64,000 bases of DNA from Candidatus Poseidoniaceae archaeon (GCA_965662895.1 CBFIJH010000003.1:29150-93149), one strand, 5' to 3'; positions 46,751 to 56,559 are shown, counted from the first letter of the stretch. Translations and numbers: made by a program. The notes: generated by a model from the sequence alone, not told the origin.

Positions 46751-47806
46751 TCATTGAACTGCTGTTAGTTCCATGAACACTGGCCATGTTTCAAACCCAA
46801 CCGCAGCGGCTCGTTCATTGATAGATTCCCAGCGAGGATCATCAACCATATCACTCGGTTCAACACCATTTCCAAGCAGTTCAGTGACCAGAGCACGGAA
46901 TTCAATTTCGATTTCAGTTTGTGGCTGTTCAGCATCGGCTTGAGGAGCAAGTTCAGCTTCTTCCTCTGCGATTGCTGGAGGCGGTGAAGTCTGCAATTCC
47001 TTCAATTCGTCTCCTGCTGCTTGCATTTCTTCAAATCCATCGGTCGTCGCTTTGGTAATAGCCTCGCTCACAGACTGTGGTCCCTCATCTCCATCCGATT
47101 CGATTGTTGGGAGCGGTACTGATGTCTGTGCAGGTATTGTTACCTCGCTGGCTTCGACGTGTGAAGGTGCAGGCGCAACTTCGACCTCTTCTGGAATTTG
47201 TTCCTCGACAACAACGGGCTCGGGCGTCGCAGGTTCGCTTGCTCTCCCCACGCCGAGGACTTCGGCTTGTTGTCGAGCCAACTCAGCAGCCTGTCGACGA
47301 GGAAGACTAACGAAGCACTTGTTGGGAATGGATGAAGGTGGAAATGGAAGGTAGTACCGTTCGATTGCTGGGAGACTTGGGTGTCTGAAACAAATCATCG
47401 TGATGTTCTCAAATGCTCGTTGTGCAGGGACATCAACCGAAAACGGGACGGGATGGACCGATATCGAACCGCGAACCCACTTTTCGCTCGTGACCATGTG
47501 CTGCATCCATGGGCCCAAATCGGATGTTGCAAGATCGAGGAACTGGAAAGAAGCATCTCTTGGATTCAATCCTTGCTCTTCCAACAAGCGGGCTTCTGCT
47601 CGTGGTCGATGAAAAACCCCAATGACGGGTTGTCCATGCTCGACCATATCGCCATGCATTTCGATAATTTTTCGCTCTTTTCGTGGACAGATGATCATCA
47701 CTTGCATTCGCAATGCATCAGAGTCGAAGATGTCGCCCCAGCGATCCTCTGCTTCGGAGAGAAGGCCACCGATGGTTGTGCCCGGAATCATTGCTGTTAT
47801 TCCCAT
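46751..47806 (-). CDS. Hypothetical protein (globular N-terminal domain, acidic Pro/Glu/Ala linker, small C-terminal domain)
   Basis: 351-aa ORF tightly packed in the minus-strand gene run. Confidence 0.7.
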   Translation of the reverse strand: MGITAMIPGTTIGGLLSEAEDRWGDIFDSDALRMQVMIICPRKERKIIEMHGDMVEHGQPVIGVFHRPRAEARLLEEQGLNPRDASFQFLDLATSDLGPWMQHMVTSEKWVRGSISVHPVPFSVDVPAQRAFENITMICFRHPSLPAIERYYLPFPPSSIPNKCFVSLPRRQAAELARQQAEVLGVGRASEPATPEPVVVEEQIPEEVEVAPAPSHVEASEVTIPAQTSVPLPTIESDGDEGPQSVSEAITKATTDGFEEMQAAGDELKELQTSPPPAIAEEEAELAPQADAEQPQTEIEIEFRALVTELLGNGVEPSDMVDDPRWESINERAAAVGFETWPVFMELTAVQ

Positions 47807-47810
47807 GTGC

Positions 47811-48908
47811 TCACGATTCCGATGAAGAAGAGGAGGGATTTAGGTCTACTGATGGAATCAGATTGTTGAAGTGTGCCAACTCTGCAAGAAGGAGTACGCC
47901 TCCTGCGGCGCCGCGAATCGTATTGTGGGAGAGTGCTTGGAAAGAAACAATACCTTGTTCCACCGAAACAAGATGAACAGTCGTTGTCATGCCTGCTTTG
48001 AGGTCAATCGATGGACGAATACCATCAAGCGTTTTTCCGTTCCACAGATCACGGTCTCGTCGTGGCTTTGTGTCAATTATGACCATCGGAGCCTTGGGCT
48101 GACTTGGAAGAGGAACGATGCGATCTTGAAGGGTCGAATTGAGTTGCGTTTGTACGGAGTTAAATGATGGGCTATTGGCGACATGGACTTGGACGTTGAC
48201 GATGTGGCCATCCACTTCATCCACCCGCTTGCATTGAACATCCCATTCGATGCCCTTCAAGTCGAGAATCCGCTCTGCCTCTTCCACGATTTTTTCGGCT
48301 TCGCCTGGAATTTCTTTCCCGACAGCATTCCTTCGTTGTTCATCGTCAATGAGGAGTTTCCACCCTGCTCCAGAAAGCGCCTGCTTACTCCGAACTACAA
48401 CCTTGGTAATGGTGTGGTGTTCCGAAAGAATCGAGAGTGGGTGGAGGAGCGGAATAAGCGTGCAGTTTGTCGCACATGCATGCAGGGCTCGATGTGCAGA
48501 AGAGCGAACCAGTGCCTCTGGATTGACATCAGCTACGACGAGTGGTACATCTTGATGCATGCGATAAGCACTTGCATTGGAAAAGACGTCGATGCCGGCG
48601 TCAACAAGTCTCTTTTCAATTTGCAGAGCAGGCGCACTTGGCAAAGCACTGAAGGCGATCTGGACTTCTGCATCCAACAATTTTTCCTCGAGTTGGGGAT
48701 GATGAATATCGAGAATTTTGATGCTACTCTCAGCAAGAAATGCGGTTTGATCCTGCTCAAGATGCCAGTCAATTTTTGAGAGTTTCATGCCACTCTTTCG
48801 GCCTGCTACTGCGACAAGTTCAAACCACGGGTGGTTTGAGAGCCGCTGTTGCATACGTTGTGAAACGAGGCCTGAAGCACCGAGTATCGCAACTCGAAGC
48901 CTTCGCAT
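47811..48908 (-). CDS. asd: Aspartate-semialdehyde dehydrogenase (archaeal/fungal type)
   Basis: ILGASGLV, SNASAYRM, catalytic NCT, QALSGAG and SHNTIRGAAG motifs. Confidence 0.88.
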   Translation of the reverse strand: MRRLRVAILGASGLVSQRMQQRLSNHPWFELVAVAGRKSGMKLSKIDWHLEQDQTAFLAESSIKILDIHHPQLEEKLLDAEVQIAFSALPSAPALQIEKRLVDAGIDVFSNASAYRMHQDVPLVVADVNPEALVRSSAHRALHACATNCTLIPLLHPLSILSEHHTITKVVVRSKQALSGAGWKLLIDDEQRRNAVGKEIPGEAEKIVEEAERILDLKGIEWDVQCKRVDEVDGHIVNVQVHVANSPSFNSVQTQLNSTLQDRIVPLPSQPKAPMVIIDTKPRRDRDLWNGKTLDGIRPSIDLKAGMTTTVHLVSVEQGIVSFQALSHNTIRGAAGGVLLLAELAHFNNLIPSVDLNPSSSSSES

Positions 48909-48999
48909 GACAAACAACTAGGCTCCGTTGATTTAGTCCCTTGCTTTCGGAATTTGCCTCAAAGCATATGTTCAAGTGCTAAACGGCTAAGGCGTAGTC

Positions 49000-49440
49000 A
49001 TGGAGAGCACATCTACCATCGAAGCCTTTGCCCATTGTGACGGCCCATGTGGCGTCTACGACCCTGCTAGCGCACGTGTTGCTGCTGAAGCAGTTCAATC
49101 CATGACCAAGAAAATGGTTGCCTTGAGCAGCAGTGATGCAGACAAGTCATCTGCATCCTACATCAACACCATGAGCCGCTATGCCGCAATCAAGGAAGAG
49201 GAAGCACAAACATGCAAGGATGAACTTCTCGTCCTCTGGACAGATTTTTTCAAACCTCAACACCTTGAATCCAACCCTGATCTTCACACAACATTCTGGA
49301 TGGCCGCAAAACTTTGCTCAGCGTGCAAGGTCGAAGTCTCCGAACAACACGCCCAAGAATTGATGGACGCCGTTGAAGCAATTCACACGATGTTTTGGGC
49401 GACCAAGGGACGTGAAGTTTCTTGGGTTCGTGCAAGTTGA
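49000..49440 (+). CDS. sodN: Nickel superoxide dismutase precursor
   Basis: Ni-hook HCDGPCGVYDP after an 11-aa prosequence; LWTDFFK and CSACK motifs. Confidence 0.95.
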   Translation: MESTSTIEAFAHCDGPCGVYDPASARVAAEAVQSMTKKMVALSSSDADKSSASYINTMSRYAAIKEEEAQTCKDELLVLWTDFFKPQHLESNPDLHTTFWMAAKLCSACKVEVSEQHAQELMDAVEAIHTMFWATKGREVSWVRAS

Positions 49441-49449
49441 GGCGATTCC

Positions 49450-49734
49450 TTGGAATCAATTGCTGTAGTCATAAACGGCGACAGCATGTGGCCTTCTCTG
49501 AAAGACGGAGATGCAATTGAAGTCACACCTTATCGAGGACAGGGGCTTTATGTGAACGACATTGTTGTTTTCAAAGACCCTCGAGTTGAATCCCGAATCT
49601 GCGTGAAACGCGTCAAACGAATTGAATCGGATGGATTGTTCGTGGAAGGTGATAACCCTGACCCTACGGCTTCCACAGATTCCCATAACTACGGGTTGAT
49701 ACGACTGCAATTACTCATTGGTTTCAAACGATAA
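49450..49734 (+). CDS. sodX: NiSOD maturation peptidase (S26-like)
   Basis: GDSMWPSL, VKRV and GDN...STDSHNYG motifs; immediately downstream of sodN. Confidence 0.9.
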   Translation: MESIAVVINGDSMWPSLKDGDAIEVTPYRGQGLYVNDIVVFKDPRVESRICVKRVKRIESDGLFVEGDNPDPTASTDSHNYGLIRLQLLIGFKR

Positions 49735-50502
49735 TTTTCCTTTCCCAAGTTCTTCCTCGACCGGAGTTGGAAACAACTTTCGAACCAAAAGTTTCCTTAA
49801 AATGGATGAACCATCGCGTAGGGAACCCAACTTCGCTTCACCCACTCGTGCACTGTATGAGACTGGAATATTGGTCAATGGTATCTTCGATATTGCACAT
49901 TGAGCATACATCTCGGCTTCAATTTCAAAATCCATGCTGTTCAAATTCATCTGCAACAACGCATCACGATCGAACAGCCAGTAACCACTACAGACATCAT
50001 GAATCTCTGTGCTGTGAAGAACGACTGCCGACCAAGTAAGAAGATGATTTCCAATCCAATTAACAGGCGACATTGCATCAACATTCAGAGAATGACTCAA
50101 TCGATTTCCAACGATGACACATCCTGCTTTCAGTTGCTTAAGCATCGGAAGCATATCCATTGGGTCATAAGTAAGGTCAGCATCAAACATGACCAAGGCA
50201 TCAAATCCATTCTTGATGGCGAAATCAAATCCAACTCGAACGGCTTCCCCTTTTCCTTCGCTTGGCTGAACAAGGACTGTACAACCTGCATCGATTCCAA
50301 TCCTTTGCGATTCATCAATGCTGTTTCCATCAACGATGACGACGTCTGCATGCCAGCCTTGTTCGAGAAGAGGTTCGTATGGAATCGTCCTCAGAACAAC
50401 ATCCAGTCCCTCTGCTTCATTGAGCACGGGAAGGAGAATCATCAGTCGTTTCACGAATGTCGCTTGAACTGGTCGTTTTTCATGGCTTCGCACCAATTGC
50501 AC
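49711..50502 (-). CDS. Glycosyltransferase family 2 (dolichol-phosphate mannose synthase-like)
   Basis: LPVLNEA, VDGNSID, GKGEAV, DADLTY, DVCSGY and YSARVGEAKL motifs. True start probably ~50454. Confidence 0.88.
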   Translation of the reverse strand: MQLVRSHEKRPVQATFVKRLMILLPVLNEAEGLDVVLRTIPYEPLLEQGWHADVVIVDGNSIDESQRIGIDAGCTVLVQPSEGKGEAVRVGFDFAIKNGFDALVMFDADLTYDPMDMLPMLKQLKAGCVIVGNRLSHSLNVDAMSPVNWIGNHLLTWSAVVLHSTEIHDVCSGYWLFDRDALLQMNLNSMDFEIEAEMYAQCAISKIPLTNIPVSYSARVGEAKLGSLRDGSSILRKLLVRKLFPTPVEEELGKGKLSFETNE

Positions 50503-52816
50503 TTTTCAATTCGATATGATGGATTCTGAGACCCGTCGAATCTAGAATCTGTGCATTTCTTCCTGAGAATCCCAATGGATTGATCCATGTGGTTCCACTT
50601 TCAATCAATTCGACACCAATGTCCATGGTGGAATTGAGTTCGACGTTCATGCAATCATGATGCCATCCCGGGTATTCTTCCACGTTCATCGATTGTCCAT
50701 TGATGTTGAATTCGTACGAATTAAAATCACCAATTTGTTCGTAAAGAATGCACACGTTTTGCATACCTTGTACAGACGTCTGATTCACAACATTCTCCCA
50801 AAAATAGGTGCCTTTTTGATCAAGAACAATTCGTTCGTCTCCACGGTTGAGAGGGTCATGAAACCGATGGTTACGCCACGGGTCTTGTTCCAGTGCGCAT
50901 CCTTTCAACTGTTCACAAATCGAAGTATTGAGCACTGTCGTGATGATGACACGGGAAGGCGATGGTTCATCCCACAACTTCCAGAACCTTGCCCCATGAA
51001 ACGATTGTTCAACGCTCCAGTACGGTGAAGGTCCGAGTGTGAGCGCAAGGGTCCCTATTGGGCTGGAAACTGCGTGGCCTATCTTCAGTGAACGTAATGT
51101 TTGGACGTCATCCACTCGGATGGCAGTGGTTGCTGCTGATTGTACAGTTTCATCAAGTGTAAGTAAGCCCAACGATGGAACGCTTGTGGTCTTCAATGAT
51201 GGGTCAAATCCGTAACTGTGTCCCCAATGGACGTTTTCTGAGTACACAAATCCATCCGGAGGATAAGCTGAGAGATACTCCCTAAGTTCGGCATCACCAT
51301 AAGCGGTTGCATGGAGTTCATCATGTGTCGATAGGTTCACGAGCAAACCAACGCTCAAAACAGATCCGAGCATGAGACCTACGAGAACGATCGAACTGAA
51401 CAACGGTCGAATGTATGGGTCCATCTCCAAGCCAAACCATGAGCTCGTGTCACCAATGGTCGTAAGGGACGTCGATCGGCTTGCCATAAGCCCGACAACC
51501 ACTGCGAGAGGTATGTGATAAGCATGCAATGCCATGGAATAAAGGGTGTACGATAAGAGGCTGAGAACCTGAATGTTTGCTAACCCTTCAATGAGGTGGA
51601 CGAATGAGAGCATCCAAATTGCAAGAAACCAGATTGAAAGCAAGCGAATCTCGAAACTTTTTCGACCAAGGAATACCGAAACGCCGGCGAAGAGCATCAG
51701 TGGACCGTTGAACATCAGCATAGGTTTTCCACCTTGCCAACCATATTCTGCGAAAACGGGTTCATTCAGCATCCGTGGTGCAAAGAAAATGAGTGCAATG
51801 ACGAACATCGAAGTCACAATGATGATCGATGTCAGGAAAATTGGTTTTCGTTGAACCTTTTCATCTTCCGACAGACGGTTTTGAACGACCAAACTTGCAA
51901 ACAGCAAGGCTGCAAGATAGATAGCTCCCGTTGGATGGATAAGCACAGTACAAAACGCAAGGAAGATGAACACGAGAATGTGATACTGCATTGATTGTTG
52001 AAGAGGTCGAAGCACGATAAGCAAACCAACAATCAAGCCCAATTGGCTCGTTACAGTTGGGTATCCTGAATCAAACACTTTTGCAAACAAAGCAAACGAA
52101 GCACCCATGGCAAGAACACTTGATGCTCCTGCTCCTAGACGATCCATACTTCCCCAAATTCCGAGCAACAATGCGAACAGAGAAAGATGACCAAGAAGAA
52201 GAATTGCTTGTTCAATTTCGGCGGAAGTAATGTGCTCCACCCATGCTAAAACTGTCGGAAATGCGGGTGGATAGGTCCAAAGGCCAGAATTCGGTGGTTG
52301 AACTTCAAATGTTCCAGTGTGCCCAACATTGGTTGCAAGGGTGCTGAACCCAATCCAATCAACACCAAAGGGTCGCTCAAAGATAAAAATCGGGACAAGT
52401 GTTAGCAAACAAAAACAACCAGCAAGAATTTGTAAGACTGGATTGCGATTGTTTTGAAACCATTGTTGTGCAGCAACTTCTTGCTCAATTTCAGGCTCAG
52501 TTTCGCTCAAGACAACGCCATGAATCGCAGCCTCCATTTTCTGCCATTGGGTGTACGTTGTCCGTTCTGAATGGACCTTGCGGGACAAAAATCCTATGGA
52601 GGCGAGATTCAGTAGAAGGATGGTTATGGTAAGATTTGAAGGACTCCATAACTGTACAACGTAGAGGAATCCCGAGGTGCCGAACAGTGCAAGTAAACCA
52701 AGCGGGAAGCATAACAATGCTCTACGGAAGAGATCTGCAGAAGCATCGAGAATTCGCGTCAATGCTAGACCTGGTGCGAGTGTGGGGAGAAGAATTACCA
52801 ACGCCACGTCCCACAT
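50480..52816 (-). CDS. Multi-pass membrane protein, putative GT-C-fold glycosyltransferase
   Basis: More than 10 TM helices, GVDW and YPPAFP loop motifs, a soluble C-terminal domain; upstream of a DPM-synthase-like GT2. Confidence 0.55.
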   Translation of the reverse strand: MWDVALVILLPTLAPGLALTRILDASADLFRRALLCFPLGLLALFGTSGFLYVVQLWSPSNLTITILLLNLASIGFLSRKVHSERTTYTQWQKMEAAIHGVVLSETEPEIEQEVAAQQWFQNNRNPVLQILAGCFCLLTLVPIFIFERPFGVDWIGFSTLATNVGHTGTFEVQPPNSGLWTYPPAFPTVLAWVEHITSAEIEQAILLLGHLSLFALLLGIWGSMDRLGAGASSVLAMGASFALFAKVFDSGYPTVTSQLGLIVGLLIVLRPLQQSMQYHILVFIFLAFCTVLIHPTGAIYLAALLFASLVVQNRLSEDEKVQRKPIFLTSIIIVTSMFVIALIFFAPRMLNEPVFAEYGWQGGKPMLMFNGPLMLFAGVSVFLGRKSFEIRLLSIWFLAIWMLSFVHLIEGLANIQVLSLLSYTLYSMALHAYHIPLAVVVGLMASRSTSLTTIGDTSSWFGLEMDPYIRPLFSSIVLVGLMLGSVLSVGLLVNLSTHDELHATAYGDAELREYLSAYPPDGFVYSENVHWGHSYGFDPSLKTTSVPSLGLLTLDETVQSAATTAIRVDDVQTLRSLKIGHAVSSPIGTLALTLGPSPYWSVEQSFHGARFWKLWDEPSPSRVIITTVLNTSICEQLKGCALEQDPWRNHRFHDPLNRGDERIVLDQKGTYFWENVVNQTSVQGMQNVCILYEQIGDFNSYEFNINGQSMNVEEYPGWHHDCMNVELNSTMDIGVELIESGTTWINPLGFSGRNAQILDSTGLRIHHIELKSAIGAKP

Positions 52817-52825
52817 GATTCGATG

Positions 52826-52861
52826 CTTGATGATGCATCACATCAAGTTCATGCATGAACT
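52826..52861. promoter_or_regulatory. Two ATGCAT-centred palindromes in a divergent promoter region
   Basis: CTTGATG-ATGCATCA-CATCAAG (52826-52847, containing TGATGCATCA) and the perfect 16-bp AGTTCATGCATGAACT (52846-52861). Confidence 0.5.
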
Positions 52862-52888
52862 CATAGGGGTGAATCCCTTCTTAGGGCT

Positions 52889-53503
52889 ATGTGGGGTTCA
52901 CCAGATTTGGCAGGAACCGGCGAAAATCAATTTCATCCGATTGTTCAACTTCCTGATGAGTACTGGGTGCTCAACCTCCAAAGGCCACAAGGCGATTGGG
53001 ACCAACAGTTTGAGGTGACGATTGGACGTTACGATGAGGACAGAAAAGGCATGTACACACAAGCATTGTTTGGAGGCGAACGCACGCTTCATGTTGGTCT
53101 TGATATCGGCGCTCCCGCATCGACTCCGGTTTTTGCTTTCGAGGATGGAACAATTCACAGTTTTGCCGACAACGATGCGGATGGTTCCTATGGTCCATCG
53201 ATAATTACAGAACACCGTATTTCAATCGATGGGGTTGAACAACAGTTGTGGGTTCTGCTGGGTCATCTATCGCGTTCTTCGTTGCACGACCTTGAAATCG
53301 GAACAGCATTTCGAAAAGGTGACCAACTCGCAATCATGGGTCATGAGCATGAGAATGGTGGTTGGCCTCCACACGTCCATATCCAACTCTCATTGTTTGA
53401 ACCAACCAAACCTGATCTTGAAGGGGTCGTTCGTCCAGAAGATCGAGAACAAGCTTTGCTTCGATATCCTGATCCAAGAAACATCCTAGGTCGACTGTAT
53501 TGA
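52889..53503 (+). CDS. M23-family metallopeptidase domain protein
   Basis: HVGLD (HxxxD), GHLS and NGGWPPHVH (HxH); no signal peptide. Confidence 0.82.
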   Translation: MWGSPDLAGTGENQFHPIVQLPDEYWVLNLQRPQGDWDQQFEVTIGRYDEDRKGMYTQALFGGERTLHVGLDIGAPASTPVFAFEDGTIHSFADNDADGSYGPSIITEHRISIDGVEQQLWVLLGHLSRSSLHDLEIGTAFRKGDQLAIMGHEHENGGWPPHVHIQLSLFEPTKPDLEGVVRPEDREQALLRYPDPRNILGRLY

Positions 53504-54592
53504 AGCCTTATCGTCGAGGAATGCTTTGAGCGATCGAATTGGTCGTATTGCTGCAGGGTCTTTTCCGTGCAAGAATCCGAGTGCAATGGTTAACCAATCC
53601 ATGACGATACAATGGTGCAAAAGGGCCTCCAAGAGAGACGACCCTTCCCCATGAATTTTCCAAGCATAATCGGTTGGTGTATGCTCAATCATCCAATCGA
53701 TGCGACTGCGGACGCGTTGATGTAGTCCATCCCATGTTAAGAACAACGTTGCTTGATTGCTTCGAGCGGGGTCGGCATCTTCGGACACTCCGCCCCATGC
53801 GACGAGTTCATTGTGATTCATTTCAGGAATGACGCCGATCCGCGCAAATCTACCAGCATTCTCATTTAATTGATTCTTAAACCGAATCAAAACAGGATGC
53901 AGTTCTGTCGGTCCGAGCAATGAAATCGGATGCTCTCTCATGGCCATTGCAAGGTCGAGGAGAGGAGCTCCTGATGGTTTTCGAAAATCGTTGCTCTGAC
54001 AGGCGTATTCCAGTCGGACAAACATTGCCTCGCGCTCCTCAGGAGATTGTTGGGGAAGGAATCCAAGATACTCAATCACTGCGAGTTGACGTGAAAAGAG
54101 GTGCCCGAAAGCGGTACGAGGTGGTTGCCCACCAATGGAGGAAATCAGATGGCAATCGTCGTACAATTCACACAGGCCTGCAAGCATCCCTCCGGTCGTG
54201 ATAACCACTGCTGTCGCTCCTTGTTTCAATGCAGATTCAGTCGCTGCAAAGGTTTCCTCGGTGTTGCCACTGTGTGAGGTTGAGAGAACCAACCACTCTT
54301 CAGTCCACCACGACGGCAACCCATATTCTCTGTGAACAACAAACGGTATCGACCCATTTGCATCAGAGAGTCGGGCGAGAAAATCTCCTCCTGCAGCCGA
54401 TCCGCCCATTCCTAAGCAGAGAATACCGCTCCATTTTTTCTGTTTCAGGTTCACCAGCCAGGGAAGGTGTTGTTCGTTCACAACTGTGAATCCTTTTTCG
54501 AGATCGCTCACAAAGGATTCTGTGCAACCAATCATATTCTCTGAATCCAATTTCTTGATCAAATCATCGATACTGGAGGCATCGTCGTCCAT
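53486..54592 (-). CDS. Bifunctional phosphoglucose/phosphomannose isomerase (SIS family)
   Basis: GMGGSAAGG, SHSGNTEET, QPPRTA, KNQLNENA and PEMNHNE motifs; start ATG 54592. Confidence 0.9.
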   Translation of the reverse strand: MDDDASSIDDLIKKLDSENMIGCTESFVSDLEKGFTVVNEQHLPWLVNLKQKKWSGILCLGMGGSAAGGDFLARLSDANGSIPFVVHREYGLPSWWTEEWLVLSTSHSGNTEETFAATESALKQGATAVVITTGGMLAGLCELYDDCHLISSIGGQPPRTAFGHLFSRQLAVIEYLGFLPQQSPEEREAMFVRLEYACQSNDFRKPSGAPLLDLAMAMREHPISLLGPTELHPVLIRFKNQLNENAGRFARIGVIPEMNHNELVAWGGVSEDADPARSNQATLFLTWDGLHQRVRSRIDWMIEHTPTDYAWKIHGEGSSLLEALLHHCIVMDWLTIALGFLHGKDPAAIRPIRSLKAFLDDKASIQST

Positions 54593-54635
54593 GGTTCTGA
54601 GAAAGGCCTGACCTTCATATGGGCTCCTATGCGAA

Positions 54636-55703
54636 TCAGTCGTCAAGGCCCATCTCATGCAACGCAATGAACTCCCCATCGATTCGAGCTAGTCGAAGTT
54701 GGGGGGCACCATCGTAATCCCATGGTAGTCGAACAGAGGTCATGTTCCAGGTGTTTGGGTCGAGAAATTCTGCCGCTGAGTCGTCCCGATTTAGGATATC
54801 AACAATCAGATGGTCTTTCATTTGTGCGAGAACATTTGCTCCCTCGAGGTCTCTCCATGATGCACCGGTTCGTTCTTGCCGAGAAATGCGTTCCATGATG
54901 GCTCCATCCTTGCTCCAAGAACTAGGTCGCCAAAGATCACCTCTCCATCGAACAACATCGCCAAGATCGTAGCCTGGTTTTCGATAGAGTAGTGTGAGTC
55001 GTGTAACATCAACACCGTCTTTTCGTCCGACCGTTGAATTGGTTTCGGTGACTTGACCGCCCCACGTTTCCGTCAAGTGTCGCCCCCATGCACGGGCTAA
55101 GCCTTTCGAGCCCATGACAACGTCGTAACCTCCTGTTACCGGTCCTTCATTGGTGATGAAGAACATTGGATCATCACTCAGATTTTCGATAACATCATCA
55201 AGGCTCGCTCGTAGATTGTTCAATTCATCATCAGCGAGTTTGCGGCCTGTTGAACGAAGTTGAACGGTTGCTTCGAAGTAATTCCCAGCTCGTCGTGTGC
55301 AGGTGAGACAAACACCATTTGACCGGCGCGCACGCATCGTCTGTTCTTGCGTGTACAGTAAATCGTCAATGACCCCTTCAATTTGCATGTGGAGCAACGT
55401 GTGTCGGTCAGAAACGACCTGCGGCTCGAAACCGAGGCCGATCTCTTCTGCACGTGCATGAAATTCGACGTTGCGTTGAATCAATTCATCCCACAATGTG
55501 TCGTCTGGAATGTTGACCCACCGTCCTTGAATATCGATGAGGCCGCAGCGTGCACACTGCGTGAAGTTGGTGTTTTCAGGTACGATGGCAAGTTTGGTCC
55601 GCTTCCGAGTGCACGCTTCGCACATTCGGTCGGTAAAGAGTGGTGGTCCACTTCCGCAAACGAGACAAAAGTCGCCCCCCAGTCCTTGATTCATTGGACT
55701 CAC
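54636..55703 (-). CDS. nmd3: NMD3-family ribosome biogenesis protein
   Basis: CLVCG...CEAC, CARCG, CLTC and YFEATVQLR motifs, with a C-terminal extension. Confidence 0.88.
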   Translation of the reverse strand: MSPMNQGLGGDFCLVCGSGPPLFTDRMCEACTRKRTKLAIVPENTNFTQCARCGLIDIQGRWVNIPDDTLWDELIQRNVEFHARAEEIGLGFEPQVVSDRHTLLHMQIEGVIDDLLYTQEQTMRARRSNGVCLTCTRRAGNYFEATVQLRSTGRKLADDELNNLRASLDDVIENLSDDPMFFITNEGPVTGGYDVVMGSKGLARAWGRHLTETWGGQVTETNSTVGRKDGVDVTRLTLLYRKPGYDLGDVVRWRGDLWRPSSWSKDGAIMERISRQERTGASWRDLEGANVLAQMKDHLIVDILNRDDSAAEFLDPNTWNMTSVRLPWDYDGAPQLRLARIDGEFIALHEMGLDD

Positions 55704-55858
55704 TCCTTTTCGTTTCGACGTATCAACATGTATTGTTCAACGGCTTCAATCCGGTTCTCAAGATCGTTGCTCCTCGAGAAAACCGTCCATGTCCATAGGC
55801 CAATCGCAATGAGCATGCCGAGGTAAGCTACGGCAAGATACGTCATACCTTCCGCCAT
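55700..55858 (-). CDS. CcmD-like small membrane protein (52 aa, not in the ORF track)
   Basis: MAEGMTYLAVAYLGMLIAIGLWTWTVFSRSNDLENRIEAVEQYMLIRRNEKE*: YxxxAY TM helix plus a charged coiled tail. It starts 2 nt after the ccmC stop with a GAGGTG SD and overlaps the nmd3 start. Confidence 0.75.
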   Translation of the reverse strand: MAEGMTYLAVAYLGMLIAIGLWTWTVFSRSNDLENRIEAVEQYMLIRRNEKE

Positions 55859-55860
55859 GA

Positions 55861-56559
55861 TTACACCTCATCCATCGCTTCTTGAATCCTTTCCAATTTT
55901 TGTTCAAACGACGTAATTCTCATGCTCATCAAGATGTGGCCTACAATGAAGGTCGTAAATGACACTGCTCCAAACAGCAGAATCAGGGCCATTTCACTGT
56001 TCAAACTTCCACTTTCTCCCCCTCCAATCACCGGGCCTGGATGTCGGATTTGCCATAGACGAGTTGCGACGTATGTCACAGGAACGAGAACAAAACCAAA
56101 CAATCCAAAAGTTGCGAACGTGTCTCTTGTTTCAACACCATCAGGTTGAGATTGCCGTCCGAGGACAAGGAACAACGCCAAAAATGTCAGCAATCCGAAG
56201 GTGTTCAATCGCACATCGGTCCAATCCCATGGAACTCCCCATTCTGCTGCGCCCCAAACCATTCCACTCCATACGGTCATTAGTCCGGTTGCTAATCCTG
56301 CCTCAGCCCCTGCAACGTGCATTCTCCAGCCGAGATTGGAACGTTTGAAAAACCAAAGTGCGGATCCAACAAAAAGAAATCCAAATGCAATGAATGCTGA
56401 CCATGCTGCAGGGACATGCCAATAAAAAATGCGTTGCGCATCTGGAGATTCGAAAGCGTTGATGGATACGCTCGGTGCTTTCAGAAATGCTAGGCCAAGC
56501 GTGACCCCGATTCCTACGAATCCGAGCAAAAGAATCACCTCTGCGAGTCGCTTGGTCAT
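55861..56559 (-). CDS. ccmC: Heme chaperone/exporter CcmC (cytochrome c biogenesis)
   Basis: RIFYWHVPAAW, WWD-type motif GMVWGAAEWGVPWDWTDVRL, and a C-terminal HP. Confidence 0.88.
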   Translation of the reverse strand: MTKRLAEVILLLGFVGIGVTLGLAFLKAPSVSINAFESPDAQRIFYWHVPAAWSAFIAFGFLFVGSALWFFKRSNLGWRMHVAGAEAGLATGLMTVWSGMVWGAAEWGVPWDWTDVRLNTFGLLTFLALFLVLGRQSQPDGVETRDTFATFGLFGFVLVPVTYVATRLWQIRHPGPVIGGGESGSLNSEMALILLFGAVSFTTFIVGHILMSMRITSFEQKLERIQEAMDEV

